Positions 37,797 through 53,059 of a DNA stretch of 64,000 nucleotides are shown here, in pieces. The notes under the pieces are model-generated. The model was given only the letters and a program-made list of their open reading frames with translations, was not told the DNA's origin and did not search any database. The translations under genes were made by a program, and so were the position numbers. Positions within the stretch are counted from its first letter, which is position 1. Every line of letters begins with the position of its first letter. Origin of the DNA: Octopus vulgaris (Eukaryota); assembly GCA_951406725.2 (NCBI GenBank), contig OX597836.1:22692001-22756000 (forward strand). Reading direction: 5' to 3'.

Positions 37797-39610
37797 CCAC
37801 CACCACCGCTGCCACCACCACTATCATCATCATCATCATCATCACCATCACCATCAACATCACCACTATCACCATCGCAAATCTTCAACACGGTCACTAC
37901 CACTATCATTACCATCATCACTGCCATCATCACCACTGTGTTTCCTCCTTGTTAATTACCATTATTGGAACCTGCTCCTCCCTCTCCTCCTCCTCCTCCT
38001 CCTCCTCTTCCAAATGAAATATTGGTGAAGCATGAAGATGAGGTGAAGTGGAATTGACACGACTTTCAGATATTGGAACAACAATAGTTTGGGAAGAATA
38101 TGGTTAAGTCTGTGTTAAAGAGTCTTGGAGGAACCGAACTGGAATTCTAGCTGCAGTGATTAATAATTTAGACTGACATTCAAAGACCTCTCAAAGATTG
38201 CAATCATGGAATTGAGACAATGGAACTACTGCTACATCAGGTGGTCAGTTAATATTGAGTTATCTAACCAACATAGGCACAAGACTACACATCTGGGGGG
38301 TAGTCAGGGGTTGGGGAGTATAGGAGTATAGTTGGTTATATATGTAGAAGACACTTGCCCAAGGTGCCATGCAGTGGGACTGAACCCGGAACCATGTGGC
38401 TGGTAAGCAAGCTACTCACCACACAGCCACTCCATATATACATATATATATATATACAAATGCATTTATGTGTGCATATATAGAAATATAAGTACACAAA
38501 TATATGTATACAAACATGTCCTCTGTTCTTTCTACAAGTCCCAGAGCCTCTCATAGACTCTGCCTTCCTTCCTGACCAAAAGATCGAAATTTGGAGGAAT
38601 GAATGGAGGGTTAAGCAATTGTATCTGCCCCTAGTACTTAACTGGTACTTTGGTTTACCTTGGGAGCTCAATTTTTTGAGAGGTACACCGTACACTGTAA
38701 TATACAGCATGTCTTTGACATTTTTTGATCTGGTGGTGAGCAACCCCATCCAGGGATGACCACAGATGATTTCATCCTGAAACAGAGAAAAAGCAACCAT
38801 GTTGAAAAATAAAGTCAGCCTCAATAGAATTTGAACTCAGAATGTGGAGATCCAGAACAATTGTCAGAAAAGCAATCACTGCAACATTCTAACACCTTGG
38901 CCAATTTGGTAGACTTTATTTATTATCAATCTTTATTTATTATTGCAATCTTGGGAAACAGTAAAGCAAAGTTTACCTCAGTGGGGTTTGAACTCACAAC
39001 ATAAACCATGAATCTGATCATCATTAACATCACCACTACCACCACCACTACCACCATCATCATCATCATCAACATCATCATTTAACACCTTTTGTATTTT
39101 GGCAGAGGTTGCACAGTTGACAGCAACTGGCAAGTTGGAGAGCTGCACCAGGCCCCAGTCGTCTGTTTTGGCATGGTTTTTATGGTTGGATTCCCTTCCT
39201 AATGCCGACCACTTTACAGAGTATAGTAGGTGCTCATTACGTGTTGCTGGCACAGGTGCCTTTTGCATGATGCTGGCACTAGTGTTGTTCACGTGGTGCA
39301 AGTACAGGTGTTATTTATGTGGCACCGGAACATGTGCTTTTTTTCTAGATATCAATTTCCCACTTAATATAGGTACAACACCATGGCTGAGAATCTTGGG
39401 ACAGTCTAGGACAGCTGAGGTAGTGTTGGTGGTGGTGGTTTTGGTGGTGGTGGTGGTTGAAATGGTTGTGATAATGGAAAGTGGTGGTAGTGGCTGCAGC
39501 AGTGGTGGTGGTGTTTGTGATCATAGTAGTAGTAGTAGTAGTAGTAGTAATAGTAGTTGTGGTGGCGGTGGTGGTGGTGGTGGTAGTAGTAGTAGTAGAA
39601 GAAGAAGAAG

Positions 39611-39682
<72 letters not shown>

Positions 39683-40130
39683 ACATGTTGGTACTGGTGG
39701 TGGTAGTGGCCACAGTCGTCATTGTCATTATCCTTGCCATCTTCATCATAAGTAGTAGTAGTAGTAGTAGCAGCAGCAGCAGCAGCAGTGGCAGAATCAA
39801 TACACTTTCAGTATTCAACAAGGAACAACAACAACAACAATGCCGGAGGCAACCATAAGAGGAAGTGATTGCAATAATGTCATTCCCTACAAATAAACGT
39901 TTGTTTGGAAGATGTCAGCTGCTTCAATGTTATTCTCTGTTGAAGAACTGATGTAACAAGCGTTACACAAGTGTTGTGTTATACAAAGTACACATAGACA
40001 TGATTGTGTAACCACACACACACACACACACACACATACACACTCACTCACACACACACACACACACTCGCACACACCATTCATACTCATATCATATCTA
40101 CAGTGAAATTATATGTGGAGCGTGTGTATT

Positions 40131-40165
<35 letters not shown>

Positions 40166-40289
40166 TTCTATATGTGTTTGTGCCCATATATTTTTATATA
40201 CACACACACTATATAACTGCATGCATGCATGCATGTATGTATGTATGTATGTATGTATGTATGTATGCATGAATGCATGTATGTATGTG

Positions 40290-40337
<48 letters not shown>

Positions 40338-40373
40338 TACAATTAGCACTGTACACAATTATTATTATTATTA

Positions 40374-40417
<44 letters not shown>

Positions 40418-40551
40418 CTAGATAGCTAGATAGATAGATAGATATAGATACAGATATATAGATATATAGATACAGGAGAATTTGTTGTCAAAAATGCACC
40501 TAAATTTGAAAAACTTGTAATTGTTTTTACTCTTCTTATATATGCATATAC

Positions 40552-40620
<69 letters not shown>

Positions 40621-40891
40621 CACAACATTGTATTCAATAACTCTGTGTATTAACTCTCAATTTGGAATGACAAATTTTAAATTCTATTGGATTTTACTCA
40701 TAAGGTATTGGAATATTATATGTATACCATTCTGTCTAAAAAAATGGATCTAAAAATGCAAGATCCCTACATATCTCACATCTATTTTCTTTTATTTCCT
40801 CCACATCATCTGAAGGCTAAAACAATGCGAAGTGCATTGTGACCAGTGATGTGTAGCAACATCAGATAGCCTGGCCGGTCATGGTGATCAT

Positions 40892-40934
<43 letters not shown>

Positions 40935-40935
<1 letters not shown>

Positions 40936-41090
40936 CTGGAAAGTTTACGAAAATAAACAAAAGACGAAGGCAGGTGGAGTACAAACAAACAAATGTATTA
41001 GTATGGCGCTCAGGAATAGAAATAGAAAAAGTCTTTTACGTTTCGAGCCTACGCTCTTTGACAGAAAGATACACAGAAAAAAACAAGGAG
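40935..41090 (-). mobile_element. Penelope-like pseudo-LTR fragment with hammerhead-like motif
   Basis: Same family as 12415-12580, embedded between (TA)n tracts. Confidence 0.55.
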
Positions 41091-41101
41091 ATATATATAT
41101 T

Positions 41102-41150
<49 letters not shown>

Positions 41151-41177
41151 GTATGTATATGTATATGTATATGTATG

Positions 41178-41230
<53 letters not shown>

Positions 41231-41233
41231 ATG

Positions 41234-41264
<31 letters not shown>

Positions 41265-41267
41265 ATG

Positions 41268-41365
<98 letters not shown>

Positions 41366-41469
41366 TATATAGATGTGCATATATATGTGTATGGAAAACA
41401 CTCAGCAAGAAATGGAAGAAAATTTGAAGAAAGAAGGAAAATAATAATAATAATAATAATAATAATAAT

Positions 41470-42040
41470 CCTTTCTACTAAAGGCTCAAGGCCTGACATT
41501 TTGGGGAGGGGACTTGTCGATTACATCGACTCCAGTGTTTCATTGGTACTTAATTTATCGACCCCAAAAGGATGAAACGTAAAGTCAACCTCAGCAGAAT
41601 TCGAACTCAGGGCGTAAAGACAACAGGATGCCACTAAGCATTTTGCCTGGGATACTAATGATTCTGCCAGCTCACCACTCTTTTCCTTTTAGTAATATTG
41701 GTTTCAAATTTGTGCACAAGGCCAGCAATTTGGGGTGAGGTGGTAAGTCGTAATTGACCCCATTATTATTCAACCATCATTATTCAACTGGCAGAAGCCT
41801 TTACCATCTCCCCAACATCAGTAATGTTATACACAATAATGGTTTCAAACTTTGGCACAAGGCCTGCAATTTCAGGGAAGGGGTAGGTTAATTACATTGG
41901 CCCCAATGTTCAACTGGTACTTATTTCATCGACCCCCAAATGGATAAAAGGCAAAGTGGAACTTGGCAGAATTTGAACTCACAACCTTCAGACAGATGAC
42001 ATGTCACTAAGCATGCTAATGATTCTGCCAGCCTGCTGCC
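41470..42040 (-). mobile_element. Tandem Meta-type SINE copies (short-tail variant)
   Basis: Repeated GGTACTTA..TTATCGACCCC...AATTTGAACTC units. Confidence 0.75.
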
Positions 42041-42051
42041 ACATGTTTTAA

Positions 42052-42365
42052 AATAATAATAATAATAATGAAATTATTGTATACAGTGCTCAGGTGCACC
42101 ACAACTTGTCAGAAAGTGCGTATAGAGTATATGCAGTAATGTACAAATGTCTGGAAAGCAAACAATGTATGAGTCAGATACATGCTTGTGTGTGTATGGA
42201 GGGGAGAAAATGAGGTGCAGTGTTGTCGAATCTCAGAAAGCATGGAAGTTTTGAAGGATGCAGTGCTCCGACAACAAACAACTGATGGCGGCAGTTTGTT
42301 CCATGGTTCAGCAACTCTCAGCGTGAAGAAATGTTTCCTAAAGTCATGGGAGCTGTGCTGTTTTA
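42052..42365 (-). mobile_element. CR1-clade LINE 3' end with (ATT)n tail
   Basis: HDFRKHFFTLRVAEPWNKLP...SFK and 3' terminus CACCTGAGCACTGTATACAAT. Shorter copies lie near 40345, 48527, 49262 and 53570-53722. Confidence 0.8.
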
Positions 42366-42397
42366 TCTGAAGACTGCATCAAGTGAGAAAATCTGAG

Positions 42398-42923
42398 TAA
42401 ACACACCAGCATCGGTTGTCAAGCAATGTTGGGGGGACAAATACACACACACAAACATATACACACACACATACATATATATATACATTTATACGACAGG
42501 TTTCTTTCAGCTTCCGTCTACCAAATCCACTCACCACCTAATTTTTTAGCAATACTAAATAAAGACACTTGCCCAAGGTGCCACGCAGTGGGACTGAACC
42601 CAGAACTGTAGTACTTATTCTATCGATCTCTCTTGCTGAACCGCTAAGTTACAGGGATGTAAACACACCAGCATCAGTTGTCAAGCAATGTTGGGTAGAC
42701 AAACACAGACACACACACATATACACACACACATACATATATATACGTATATATGACGGGCTTCTTTCAGTTTCCATGTACCAAATCCACTCACAAGGAT
42801 TTTGGTCAGCCTGAGGCTATAAATAAAAGACACTTGCCCAAGGTGCCACGCAGGCAGTGGGACTGAACCCAGAACCATGTATTTTGTAAGCAAGCTACTT
42901 ACCACACAGTCACTCCTGCGCCT
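42398..42923 (-). mobile_element. Two partial CORE-type SINE copies in tandem
   Basis: Duplicated ACACCAGCATC.GTTGTCAAGCAATG...GGGACTGAACCCAGAAC. Confidence 0.75.
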
Positions 42924-43484
42924 ATACTGGAAAAAATTCTCGATTCATTAAAGTCATCTCTGATTCCAGTGAAGGTTGAACAATCACTCGGTGGCAAGTG
43001 GTACAAGGACCAAATGAAAAGAAAATAATCACAAGAATCCGGAATTCTCCAAGTTTGGAAATTGTCTGATTGTCTGGAAACAAGAGAACAGCTGTGGACA
43101 CAAGTTTCTGTCTCAGTTAATATCATGTATAGATACATACATACATACATACATACATACATACATACATACATACATACATACATACATACATACATAC
43201 ATACATACATACATACATACATACATACACACATACATGCATACATACATACGTACATACATACATACATACATACATACATACATACATACACACATAG
43301 ATACATACATACATACTTATATACATACATATATTTATCAACATAGCTCGGTGTGTGTACGCATGCGTGTATGTGTTAGTGCACACGCACACCTATATTA
43401 ATGTATGTAATGCATGTGTGTGCGTACATGTATATATATATATATATAGAAAGAGAGAGAGAGAGAAAGAGATAGATAGACAGA

Positions 43485-43515
<31 letters not shown>

Positions 43516-43523
43516 GGAGATAA

Positions 43524-43654
<131 letters not shown>

Positions 43655-43685
43655 AATAGATAGATAGATAGACAGATAGATATAG

Positions 43686-43731
<46 letters not shown>

Positions 43732-44230
43732 GGGTGGAATTATGTATGTATACACACACATACACATGCACATCTACATAAATACATTCATCTCTATAGA
43801 AGGAAGAGAAGAGAGGAATATCTTGTGTGTCCATATTCTGCGTTTCTTGCAGTCTTTGTCAGCATCGGGATTCCTTTATTCCTTCCATCACAGAGCTGTC
43901 GTTTTGAAGCCTCTCACCAGTGTCTGTTGAATAATGGACTGAAGTACTTATGTTCTTGCGCTGCCTGTTATCTTGTTATCTTAACATCTCCATAACATTG
44001 TGCAACAGCTCTATATATGGCTTGACCATGGCATGTGACCCAGTAAAAACATCAAGTCTTTTGTTTCTGTCTGTGTGTCTTTGAGATTATGGTAAACAAT
44101 CTCTTCTCCACTTATCAGTTCCATGCTGACAAACGTGCAAGCGTTGCGCACATGGGCAACTCTGCGTGGACACATGGACACACAATTTTGTAAGTTTGTA
44201 TCTAATCATAGACATGTGTATGTATGTGTC

Positions 44231-44278
<48 letters not shown>

Positions 44279-44316
44279 CACACACACATCACTGTATGAA
44301 TGTATACATACATTCA

Positions 44317-44705
44317 GGCGCAGGAGTGGCTGTGTGGTAAGTAGCTTGCCTACCAACCACATGGTTCCAGGTTCAGTCCCACTGCGTGGCATCTTGGGCA
44401 AGTGTCTTCTGCTATAGCCCCGGGCCGACCAAAGCCTTGTGAGTGGATATGGTAGACGGAAACTGAATGAAGCCTGTCGTATATATATATATGTATGTGT
44501 GTGTATATGTTTGTGTGTCTGTGTTTGTCCCTCTAGCATTGCTCGTGTGTTTATGTCCCCGTTACTTAGCGGTTCGGCAAAAGAGACCGATAGAATAAGT
44601 ACTGGGGGCTTACAAAGAATAAATCCTGGGGTCGATTTGCTCAACTAAAGGCGGTGCTCCAGCATCGCCGCAGTCAAATGACTGAAGTAAAAGAGTAAAG
44701 AGAGA
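44317..44705 (+). mobile_element. CORE-type tRNA SINE, full length
   Basis: GGCGCAGGAGTGGCTGTGTGGTAAG (A box), GGTTCAGTCCC (B box), TTGGGCAAGTGTCTT core and GTAAAAGA tail. Confidence 0.88.
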
Positions 44706-44711
44706 GTATAC

Positions 44712-44743
<32 letters not shown>

Positions 44744-44883
44744 GGTTGTGTGGTAAGACACTTGCTTCCCAACCACATAGTCCAGGGTTCAGTCCAACTG
44801 CATGGCATCTTTGGCAAGTGTCTTCTATTTCATCCTCCGGCTGACCAAAGCTTTATGAGTGAATTTGGTAGACAGAAACTGAA

Positions 44884-45116
44884 AGGCAGCGAGCTGGCAG
44901 AAACGTTAGCATGCTGGGTGAAATGCTTAGTGGTATTTCATCTGCCACTACGTTCTGAGTTCAAATTCTGCCGAGGTCGACTTTGCCTTTCATCCCTTTC
45001 AGGGCCAATTAAATAAGTGCCAGTTACACACTGGGGTTAATATAATCGACTTAATCTGTTTGTCTGTCCTTGTTTGTCCCCTCTGTGTGTAGCCCCTTGT
45101 GGGCAGTAAAGAAATA
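44884..45116 (+). mobile_element. Meta-type SINE nested in a CORE-type SINE (44740-45330)
   Basis: Flanked by duplicated GAAACTGAAA. Confidence 0.85.
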
Positions 45117-45413
45117 TGAAACTGAAAAAACCCTGTTGTGTGTGTTTTATGTCTGTGTTTGTCCCCCACCACCACTTGACCATCAGTGTTGGCATATCCC
45201 CATAACTTAGTGGTTCAACAAAAAAGACCAATAGAATAAATACCAGGCTTAAAAATAGTCTTGGGGTTGATTTGTTTAACTGAAACCTTTCAAAGCTGTG
45301 CTTAAGCATAGCAGCAGTCAAATGACTGAACCATCTAGAAAATAAAGGAGATATATATATATATATATATTTAATGTAGGATAAATTTTCTTTTTTGAAA
45401 AAAATTTTATCAA

Positions 45414-45567
45414 TGGCCAGCATATTAAAAAATACCTTTAAAGGTTATAATTATAAACAACTTATAAATAAGGGCAAAAAATTATATGGTTATGGACAAT
45501 AGTTCCAATTTCAGCATATTTGGCATTAGAAATTTCTTCGTTTGCCCTTATTTATAAGATGTTTATA

Positions 45568-45619
<52 letters not shown>

Positions 45620-45884
45620 AAAAGATCGATATTTAAATACTGATCTTATCAGGTGGCCAGCATGGGAATAAAAACCTTTCAAAGGTAAAAATTATTTAAA
45701 ATTATAATTTAGGGTATCTAAGAGATACCACCACGATGGAAATAGCAATCAAAACTTGACTCCAAAACCACATTGAATGTTCATATAGCAACAGATTCTA
45801 TATGAACATTTAATGTGGTTTTAGAGTCAAGTTTTGACTGTTATTTCCAGTATGGTGGTATCTCTTAGATACCCTAAATTAAAA

Positions 45885-45890
<6 letters not shown>
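45414..45890. repeat. Two fold-back units separated and flanked by (TA)n
   Basis: 30-bp arms at 45449-45478 / 45541-45570 and 93-bp arms at 45696-45788 / 45798-45890 with a 9-nt spacer. Confidence 0.9.
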
Positions 45891-45954
<64 letters not shown>

Positions 45955-46137
45955 AGGGAATACCCCCACACACACGCAACAGGCTTCTTTCAGTTTCCAT
46001 CTACCAAATCTACTCACAAGACTTTGGTCAGCCTGAGGCTATATTAGAAGATGCATCCCTAAGGTGCTATGCAGTTGAACTGAACCCAGAACCATGTGGT
46101 TGGGAAGCAAACTTCTTACCACACAGCCATACCTGCG

Positions 46138-46175
<38 letters not shown>

Positions 46176-46177
<2 letters not shown>

Positions 46178-47060
46178 AGGTATGATGGATAAATTGTCAC
46201 CATTTTATATTTTTAATTTCATGAATGTACATTGTTTGTTTTTGTTGACTACACAGTATAGTAGGGTCAATTGGATATTGTCTGTGAGAAAAACAGCACC
46301 ATGACGCAATTCACTCTGCCAGAAATTTGGAAACGACATGCTGTACTGCTTGGCATTCGTGCCGGAAGCTCCAATACAAACATTTCAGACTGTTTGAGTG
46401 TCAATCTAAGGACAGTGCAATCTGAGGACATTTACCAAGAGTGGTAAAAATCAAACATCCAGTCAACATCATGGTGTTTGGAGTGATCATTAGTGATGGT
46501 AATGTTATGCCTCCATTCATCTTACACAAAGCTTAAAAACTTAACACGGAGGCCTACATCAAGTGCCTTGAAGAGGTAGTGCTTTCCTGGGTGAAGAGGG
46601 TGGCTGCTAGAAGATCCTATAACTGGTAACAGGACTCTGCACTATTCCACAGAAGCAGGAGAACCCAGTCATGGCAGTCAGACAATTTCTGCAAACCACA
46701 TCACCTCAAACATCTGGCTACCTAACTCCCCAGACTGCAACCTTCTTGATTATTATGTGTGGGGTGCAGTTGAGTGAGAGACCAACAGAACTCCTTGTAA
46801 CACCAAAGATGAACTGAAGGCAAGGATTATGGCAGCATTCACCAACTTAAACAAGGAGTCCGCCCAGAAGAGTTGCAGGAGATTCTGAAGTCGTCTGGAG
46901 ACTGTGATTGCAGCCAATGGCAATTTTATTGAATAAATTTACTCTTTGGTATTTCAAGATATTTTTATGTAATTTTGCTAAATATGTCTGTTAAAATGAG
47001 ATGTCAGTGCTATTTTCATTATAAGCATATTTTAGACAACAGTTAATTCACCACACCCTG
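46176..47060 (+). mobile_element. Tc1/mariner (maT/DD37D-like) element, internally deleted
   Basis: Imperfect TIRs CAAGGTATGATGGATAAATTGTC / GACAACAGTTAATTCACCACACCCTG-TA. Encodes KHPVNIMVFGVI, QDSA and WLPNSPDCNLLDYYVWG. Confidence 0.82.
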
Positions 47061-47112
<52 letters not shown>

Positions 47113-48288
47113 TATTTATAGCTATATCTATAAGTGTGTGTGCGTATCTTTTATCTTTATTGGTTTCAAATTTTGGCACAACTCACACACACACACACAC
47201 ACATGTGCGTGCGCGCAGATCGGTGTATGTGTGCACATGTTGCTTTGCCTTGACCGTCATGTGATGGTCATATGTGAGTGTCATTAATTTTTAATCTACT
47301 GTGAAAACATCTGTGGCCTTGTGGAAATATTACCTTACTCAGAGACAACTGAAGGTTGGTAACAGTAAAGGCATCCTGCTATTTAAAATTTGCCTCTTTG
47401 AATTCAGTCAAATCCATGAAAGCATGAAAAATGGACATTAAAACGACAAGGATGATAATGATGATGATGATGATGATCATCATCATCATAATTTTTAGAC
47501 GAGGTAGGATTTGGTAGATGGAAACTGAAAGAAGCCTGTCATATGTGTGTGGGTATGCGTGTGTGTGTGCGTCCTTGTGTCTGTCCCCACCAATGATTGA
47601 CAACCGGTGTCGGTGTGTTTACATCCCCCATAACCTAGCTGCTCAGCGAAAGTGTCCGATAGAATAAGTACCAAGTTTAAAAAGTCAAAAAACAGAAGTA
47701 CTTAGGTTCATTCATTCAATTAAAAATTGTTGAAGGCGGTGCCCCAGCATGGCTACAGTCTAATGACTGAAACAAGTAAAATGTTACCCATGACAGAGAG
47801 CCTCAATGTGGTCACATACCTTGCTAGAAATAGCAGTCGGCAAAGTAGACAAAATTATTTTGCATGAAGAAATAAGGAGTAAAATTTCTGGTGAAACCTT
47901 TTATCAGAGTGTTTCATGAAGCCTCAATCAAAGAGGAATTGGTGGTGTTCATGGGTCTCCAATTCATGTCACTAAAAGAGAAGTATCTTCCTTGACACTG
48001 TAAAGCAGGGCAATAACTTATATTGATGATTATGCTGCGTTCATAAAAGTAATAGAAATTAAGATGTGGTGATGTTCATGCATTATCCCCTTCTTTAAAA
48101 GGGAAAAGAAATAACATATGGGGGATGCGTCCGTCTCTTCTCCAACCAATTAGCGCCTGTAAAGGGGAATAACTTGTAATGTTGAATCGATGATTCCAGA
48201 GGTTATCAGCGAAAGGGAAGCAACTCTGTGTGCATGTGTGTGAGCGTGCACGTGCGTGTGCGTGTGTGTGTGCGTGTGTGTAAATACT

Positions 48289-48324
<36 letters not shown>

Positions 48325-48362
48325 CAGACAGACACACAGACAGACAGACAGATAGGCATATT

Positions 48363-48397
<35 letters not shown>

Positions 48398-48576
48398 GAG
48401 ATTTTTGATCTCCATGATCCAGACAGACAGATAGACAGACAGGCAGCTCCCATACTTTCGGTAGGTAGGTAGGTAGATAGATGGATGGATAGATGGATAG
48501 ATAGACAGACAGACAGACAGATAGTTGTAGTGCAGACACTGTACACAATTATTATTATTATTATTATTATTATTAT

Positions 48577-48652
<76 letters not shown>

Positions 48653-49027
48653 TAGACAGACAGGCAGATAGATAGGTAGGTAGGTAGGTAGATAGATGGA
48701 TGGATAGATAGATAGACAGACAGACAGACAGATAGACAGACAGGCAGATTGATAGGTAGGTAGGTAGGTAGATAGATGGATAGATGGATAGATAGACAGA
48801 CAGACAGACAGATAGATTGATAGATAGTTAGTAGATAGATATCATTGACACAAACATTTTTCACCATACATTAATGATATGTGTTCGATATGACAGCGAA
48901 ATCAAACTTTGCCAAGTAAATAACTTGGGTGTTATTAAGAAAAAATTTGTGGCAAAGAATTCCTATTTGGAATCATGCATCGTATCAATATATCTGCTTA
49001 TCACTCTTTGTATTAATGCTTGTCTGT

Positions 49028-49082
<55 letters not shown>

Positions 49083-49295
49083 TGTGTGTATATATATGTG
49101 TGTGTGTGTGTGTGTGTGAATGCATATATATGTGTATGTATATATATATATATATACCTACATATATTAATGTATATGAGTATATATGTATATATCTGTG
49201 TGTGTGTGTGCATGTGTGTATGTCTGAATATATATATATGTACATCTGTGTGTGTGTATATACCTGAGCACTGTATACAATAATTTCATTATTAT

Positions 49296-49367
<72 letters not shown>

Positions 49368-49723
49368 ATGTATATGTACACACACAACATATATATATAT
49401 ATATATATATACACATACATGCATACATATATTGATGGATACATGTGTATATATGTATATATCTGTTTGTGTGTGTATGTGTGAGAGAGAGAGAGAGAAA
49501 GAAAGAGTGTGTGTATGTGTGTATGTGTGTGTGAGTGTGTGTGTGTGTGTGCTTTAGTACAATGAATTTGTAAACAAGGTACAAAAGAGAGAGAGAGTAT
49601 TTATGTATAACACAAACAAGAAAATGATAAAAAAAAAAATGTGTTGTATAATATTTATTGGAAGTTGAAAAAGTTCACCAATCAATTGGTGAGTTTTTTG
49701 GAAAATGTTATGTATGCACTTAG

Positions 49724-49774
<51 letters not shown>

Positions 49775-49842
49775 TATATATACACATATATATATATACA
49801 TGTGTGTATGTATGTTTATATGCCGGCATGCATATATGTATT

Positions 49843-49891
<49 letters not shown>

Positions 49892-50733
49892 TATATATAT
49901 AAAGATAGATAGATATAGATAGATATATACATACAAACATACAATTATGCATGTCTCTATATATCATATATGCACACCTACAAATATGGTTGTGTGTGTG
50001 TGTTTACATGGCAGACATGCATATACTTATATTTATGGTTATATACATACATGTATGCTTATATATATGTGTGTGTCTATCTATAATCAATCTACTATTC
50101 ACCTGTCTCCATCACTTACATTTTTTTTTCTCCCTTATGTATCGACTTTCCCTTCACAACCAAATAAAATAAATCTGGAAAAAGACAAAATAAGAGAGAA
50201 AAAAGTAAGAAAAAAAAGTAAGAAAAAAAGAAAACCTACAGACATTTCACAGCAAATAAAATGTACACACATTTTGTTGTACATTATTGTGAAAACTTGA
50301 TATAGCGGAAAACATTTATAAAACACATTTTTTTTTTATAGAAATATAACTACACCAATCATAGAATACATTTTCACCCTAAAAACTTAATTCTTTCTTC
50401 TTTTCATTTTAAAATGAAAATACTTAACAAACAATGAAATTTTTTGACTTTAATCATGTTTTCTTTAATCTTTTTCTAATAGAGAATCTGGGTAAAAATA
50501 TTATTTTTAAAAATTGTAAATAATAATAATAGAAAAAGAAATTTACTTATTTTGCTTTTAGTGATATTTTTACCTTTGGAAATTCAAGCAGAGATGTTAT
50601 TCAGTTCCATCTACAACACTGGGTAACACAAGTTTTCTCCTTGGGTAGCAAATATTATTTCTGATTTGCTTACCTTTAGAAAGTATGAAAAATGGCTTAA
50701 ATATTTCCTTCAAACTTTGCTTTTGTTACATTT

Positions 50734-50900
50734 ATTCAAACCCAAAAGAATCCCTCTCAATACACAGCTATGATGCTCCCCAACTATTCCTACTCAAGGT
50801 CAAAGATACACATATTGTCAGCCACTAAGGGACATGCCCTAGTGGTTAAGGTCAAGCAACTGACAAACAAAACTGTGGTATTGAGCAGAATATTCGCTAT
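50734..50900. repeat. Unclassified interspersed repeat
   Basis: TTATTCAAACCC.AAAGAATCCCTCTCAA...GCTATGATGCTCCCC is also present at about 6573-6635. Confidence 0.6.
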
Positions 50901-51002
50901 AATGATATTTCTGCTTCAGCAACTCAGCACTGAATCTGTCTGAAATGTAATGGAAATCATCATCATCATCATCATCTTCATTATTATCATTTATTATTAT
51001 TA

Positions 51003-51038
<36 letters not shown>

Positions 51039-51096
51039 GTTTTTATTATTATTATTATTATCATTATTACTATTATTATTATTATCATCATCATCA

Positions 51097-51132
<36 letters not shown>

Positions 51133-51139
51133 GTTTTTA

Positions 51140-51195
<56 letters not shown>

Positions 51196-51196
<1 letters not shown>

Positions 51197-51945
51197 CGTA
51201 GTTTTATTTTTATAGCGTGCTTTCACTTCACTACCGAGCGCAGCTCTGTGTGCCTTGGGTATGTGCTGTGATTTGTTGTGATGCTCTGATGGTTATTGTA
51301 TGGAAAGTGTTCTGCGTAGGATGTGTGCAGTGCCTAGTAGTGCAATTTTCTGTATGTTATATGTGTTTGTAAGTCCTGGTGTTTTTGTTATGTATTTGTC
51401 TGAATATTTTTTTATCATGCCTAATGCACCTACTATGATAGGAATTGTTTCTGTTTTCAGATTCCACATTCTGGTTACCTCTATTTCCAGGTCTTTGTAT
51501 TTTGAGAGTTTCTCCATTTCTTTTAGAGACACGTTGTCATCTGCCGGTATTGATACATCAATTAGAAAGCATTTTTTTCTTCATGATCTCTGACAACTAT
51601 ATCTGGTCTGTTGGCCTTAATTTCTCTATCTGTGTGTATCGGCATATCCCAGAGTATGGTTGCTTTCTCGTTTTCTGTGACCTTTTCTGGTGTGTGCCTA
51701 TACCATCTTTTTTCTGTGGTTATTCCATAATGTTGGCATAGCTTCCAATGTATGTAGGTTCCAACTCTGTCATGTCTGTGAATATATTCCTTCTTAGCCA
51801 GGACTGGGCAGTCAGAGATAATATGATTTATTGTTTCTTGTCCATCTCCACATAATCTGCAGTTACTTATGTTTCTTTTCATTATGTTTTTGGTAATTTC
51901 TGGTGGGGAGGCTTTGGTCTTGTGCTGCAATTAAAAATCCCTCTG
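51196..51945 (-). mobile_element. R4/Dong-clade non-LTR retrotransposon 3' part in a (TAA)n tract
   Basis: CRLC...ETINHIISDC (CCHC), RHD and RPDIVV...LIDVSIP...EKLSKY restriction-like endonuclease motifs, with one frameshift. Confidence 0.92.
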
Positions 51946-51948
51946 CTC

Positions 51949-51976
<28 letters not shown>

Positions 51977-51980
<4 letters not shown>

Positions 51981-52094
51981 TAGTTTTATTTTTATAGCGT
52001 GCTTTCACTTCACTACCGAGCGCAGCTCTGTGTGCCTTGGGTATGTGCTGTGATTTGTTGTGATGCTCTGATGGTTATTGTATGGAAAGTGTTC
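51977..52094 (-). mobile_element. Second, very short R4/Dong 3' end
   Basis: Near-identical to 51198-51313 and flanked by (TTA)n. Confidence 0.9.
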
Positions 52095-52106
52095 TTCTTC
52101 TTCTTC

Positions 52107-52206
<100 letters not shown>

Positions 52207-53059
52207 AGCTTCCTGCCCCTGCTTCTAACCCCTTCCATTTTGAAAATAATTCTCCTTAATCCTTCTTGTCCATGTCTTCTTATCCGATACACTCCGTAGC
52301 AGTTATATAAATAGCCAGGAATTAAATCCATCATTCTCTCAGAGAAACAGCAAGATATGAGCTTAATGGAATTTTGGACTGGAGTCACTTAATGGACGGT
52401 ATTGGTCTCTCTTCTTTCTTTGAAACACAATAACATTGGCCTTGCCAACACAGGCATCAACACATCAGCATCACCAATACTACTACCATCATCACCAACA
52501 CCATCACCGTCTTCATCATAATCATCATCATCATCATCATCACCATTACCATCACCACCACCACCATCATCATCATCATCACTACCATCATCATCACCAT
52601 AATCATCATCACCGTCACCATCAACACCACCACCATCATCGCCACCACCAACAACATCATCACTACCAACAGCACCAGCATCACCATAATCATCATCATC
52701 ATCACCACCACCACTACCACCACCACCACCACCAGTGTGCCTATGTATGTATATCTTTTATCTTTTTTTCTTTTATTTACTTCAGTCGTTAGACTGTGGC
52801 CATGCTGGGACACCGCCTTGAAGAATGCTCAACCCCAGTACTTATATTTTAAAGTTGCATTTTTATTGTATCAGTCACTTTTGCCGAACTATTAAGTCAC
52901 AGGGATGTAAACACACCGGCACTGGTTGACAAGCAATGATGGGAGGACAAACACAGACACAAAGACACACATAGATGTATACATATATATGACAGGCTTC
53001 TTTCAGTTTCCAGCTACCAAATCCACTCACAACGCTTTGGTCAGCCTGAAGCTAGAGAA

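Noticed and set aside
47880-48010. Weak hAT-transposase-like peptide (FIRVFHEASIKEELV)
   Set aside because: Too short and degenerate to support without a profile search.
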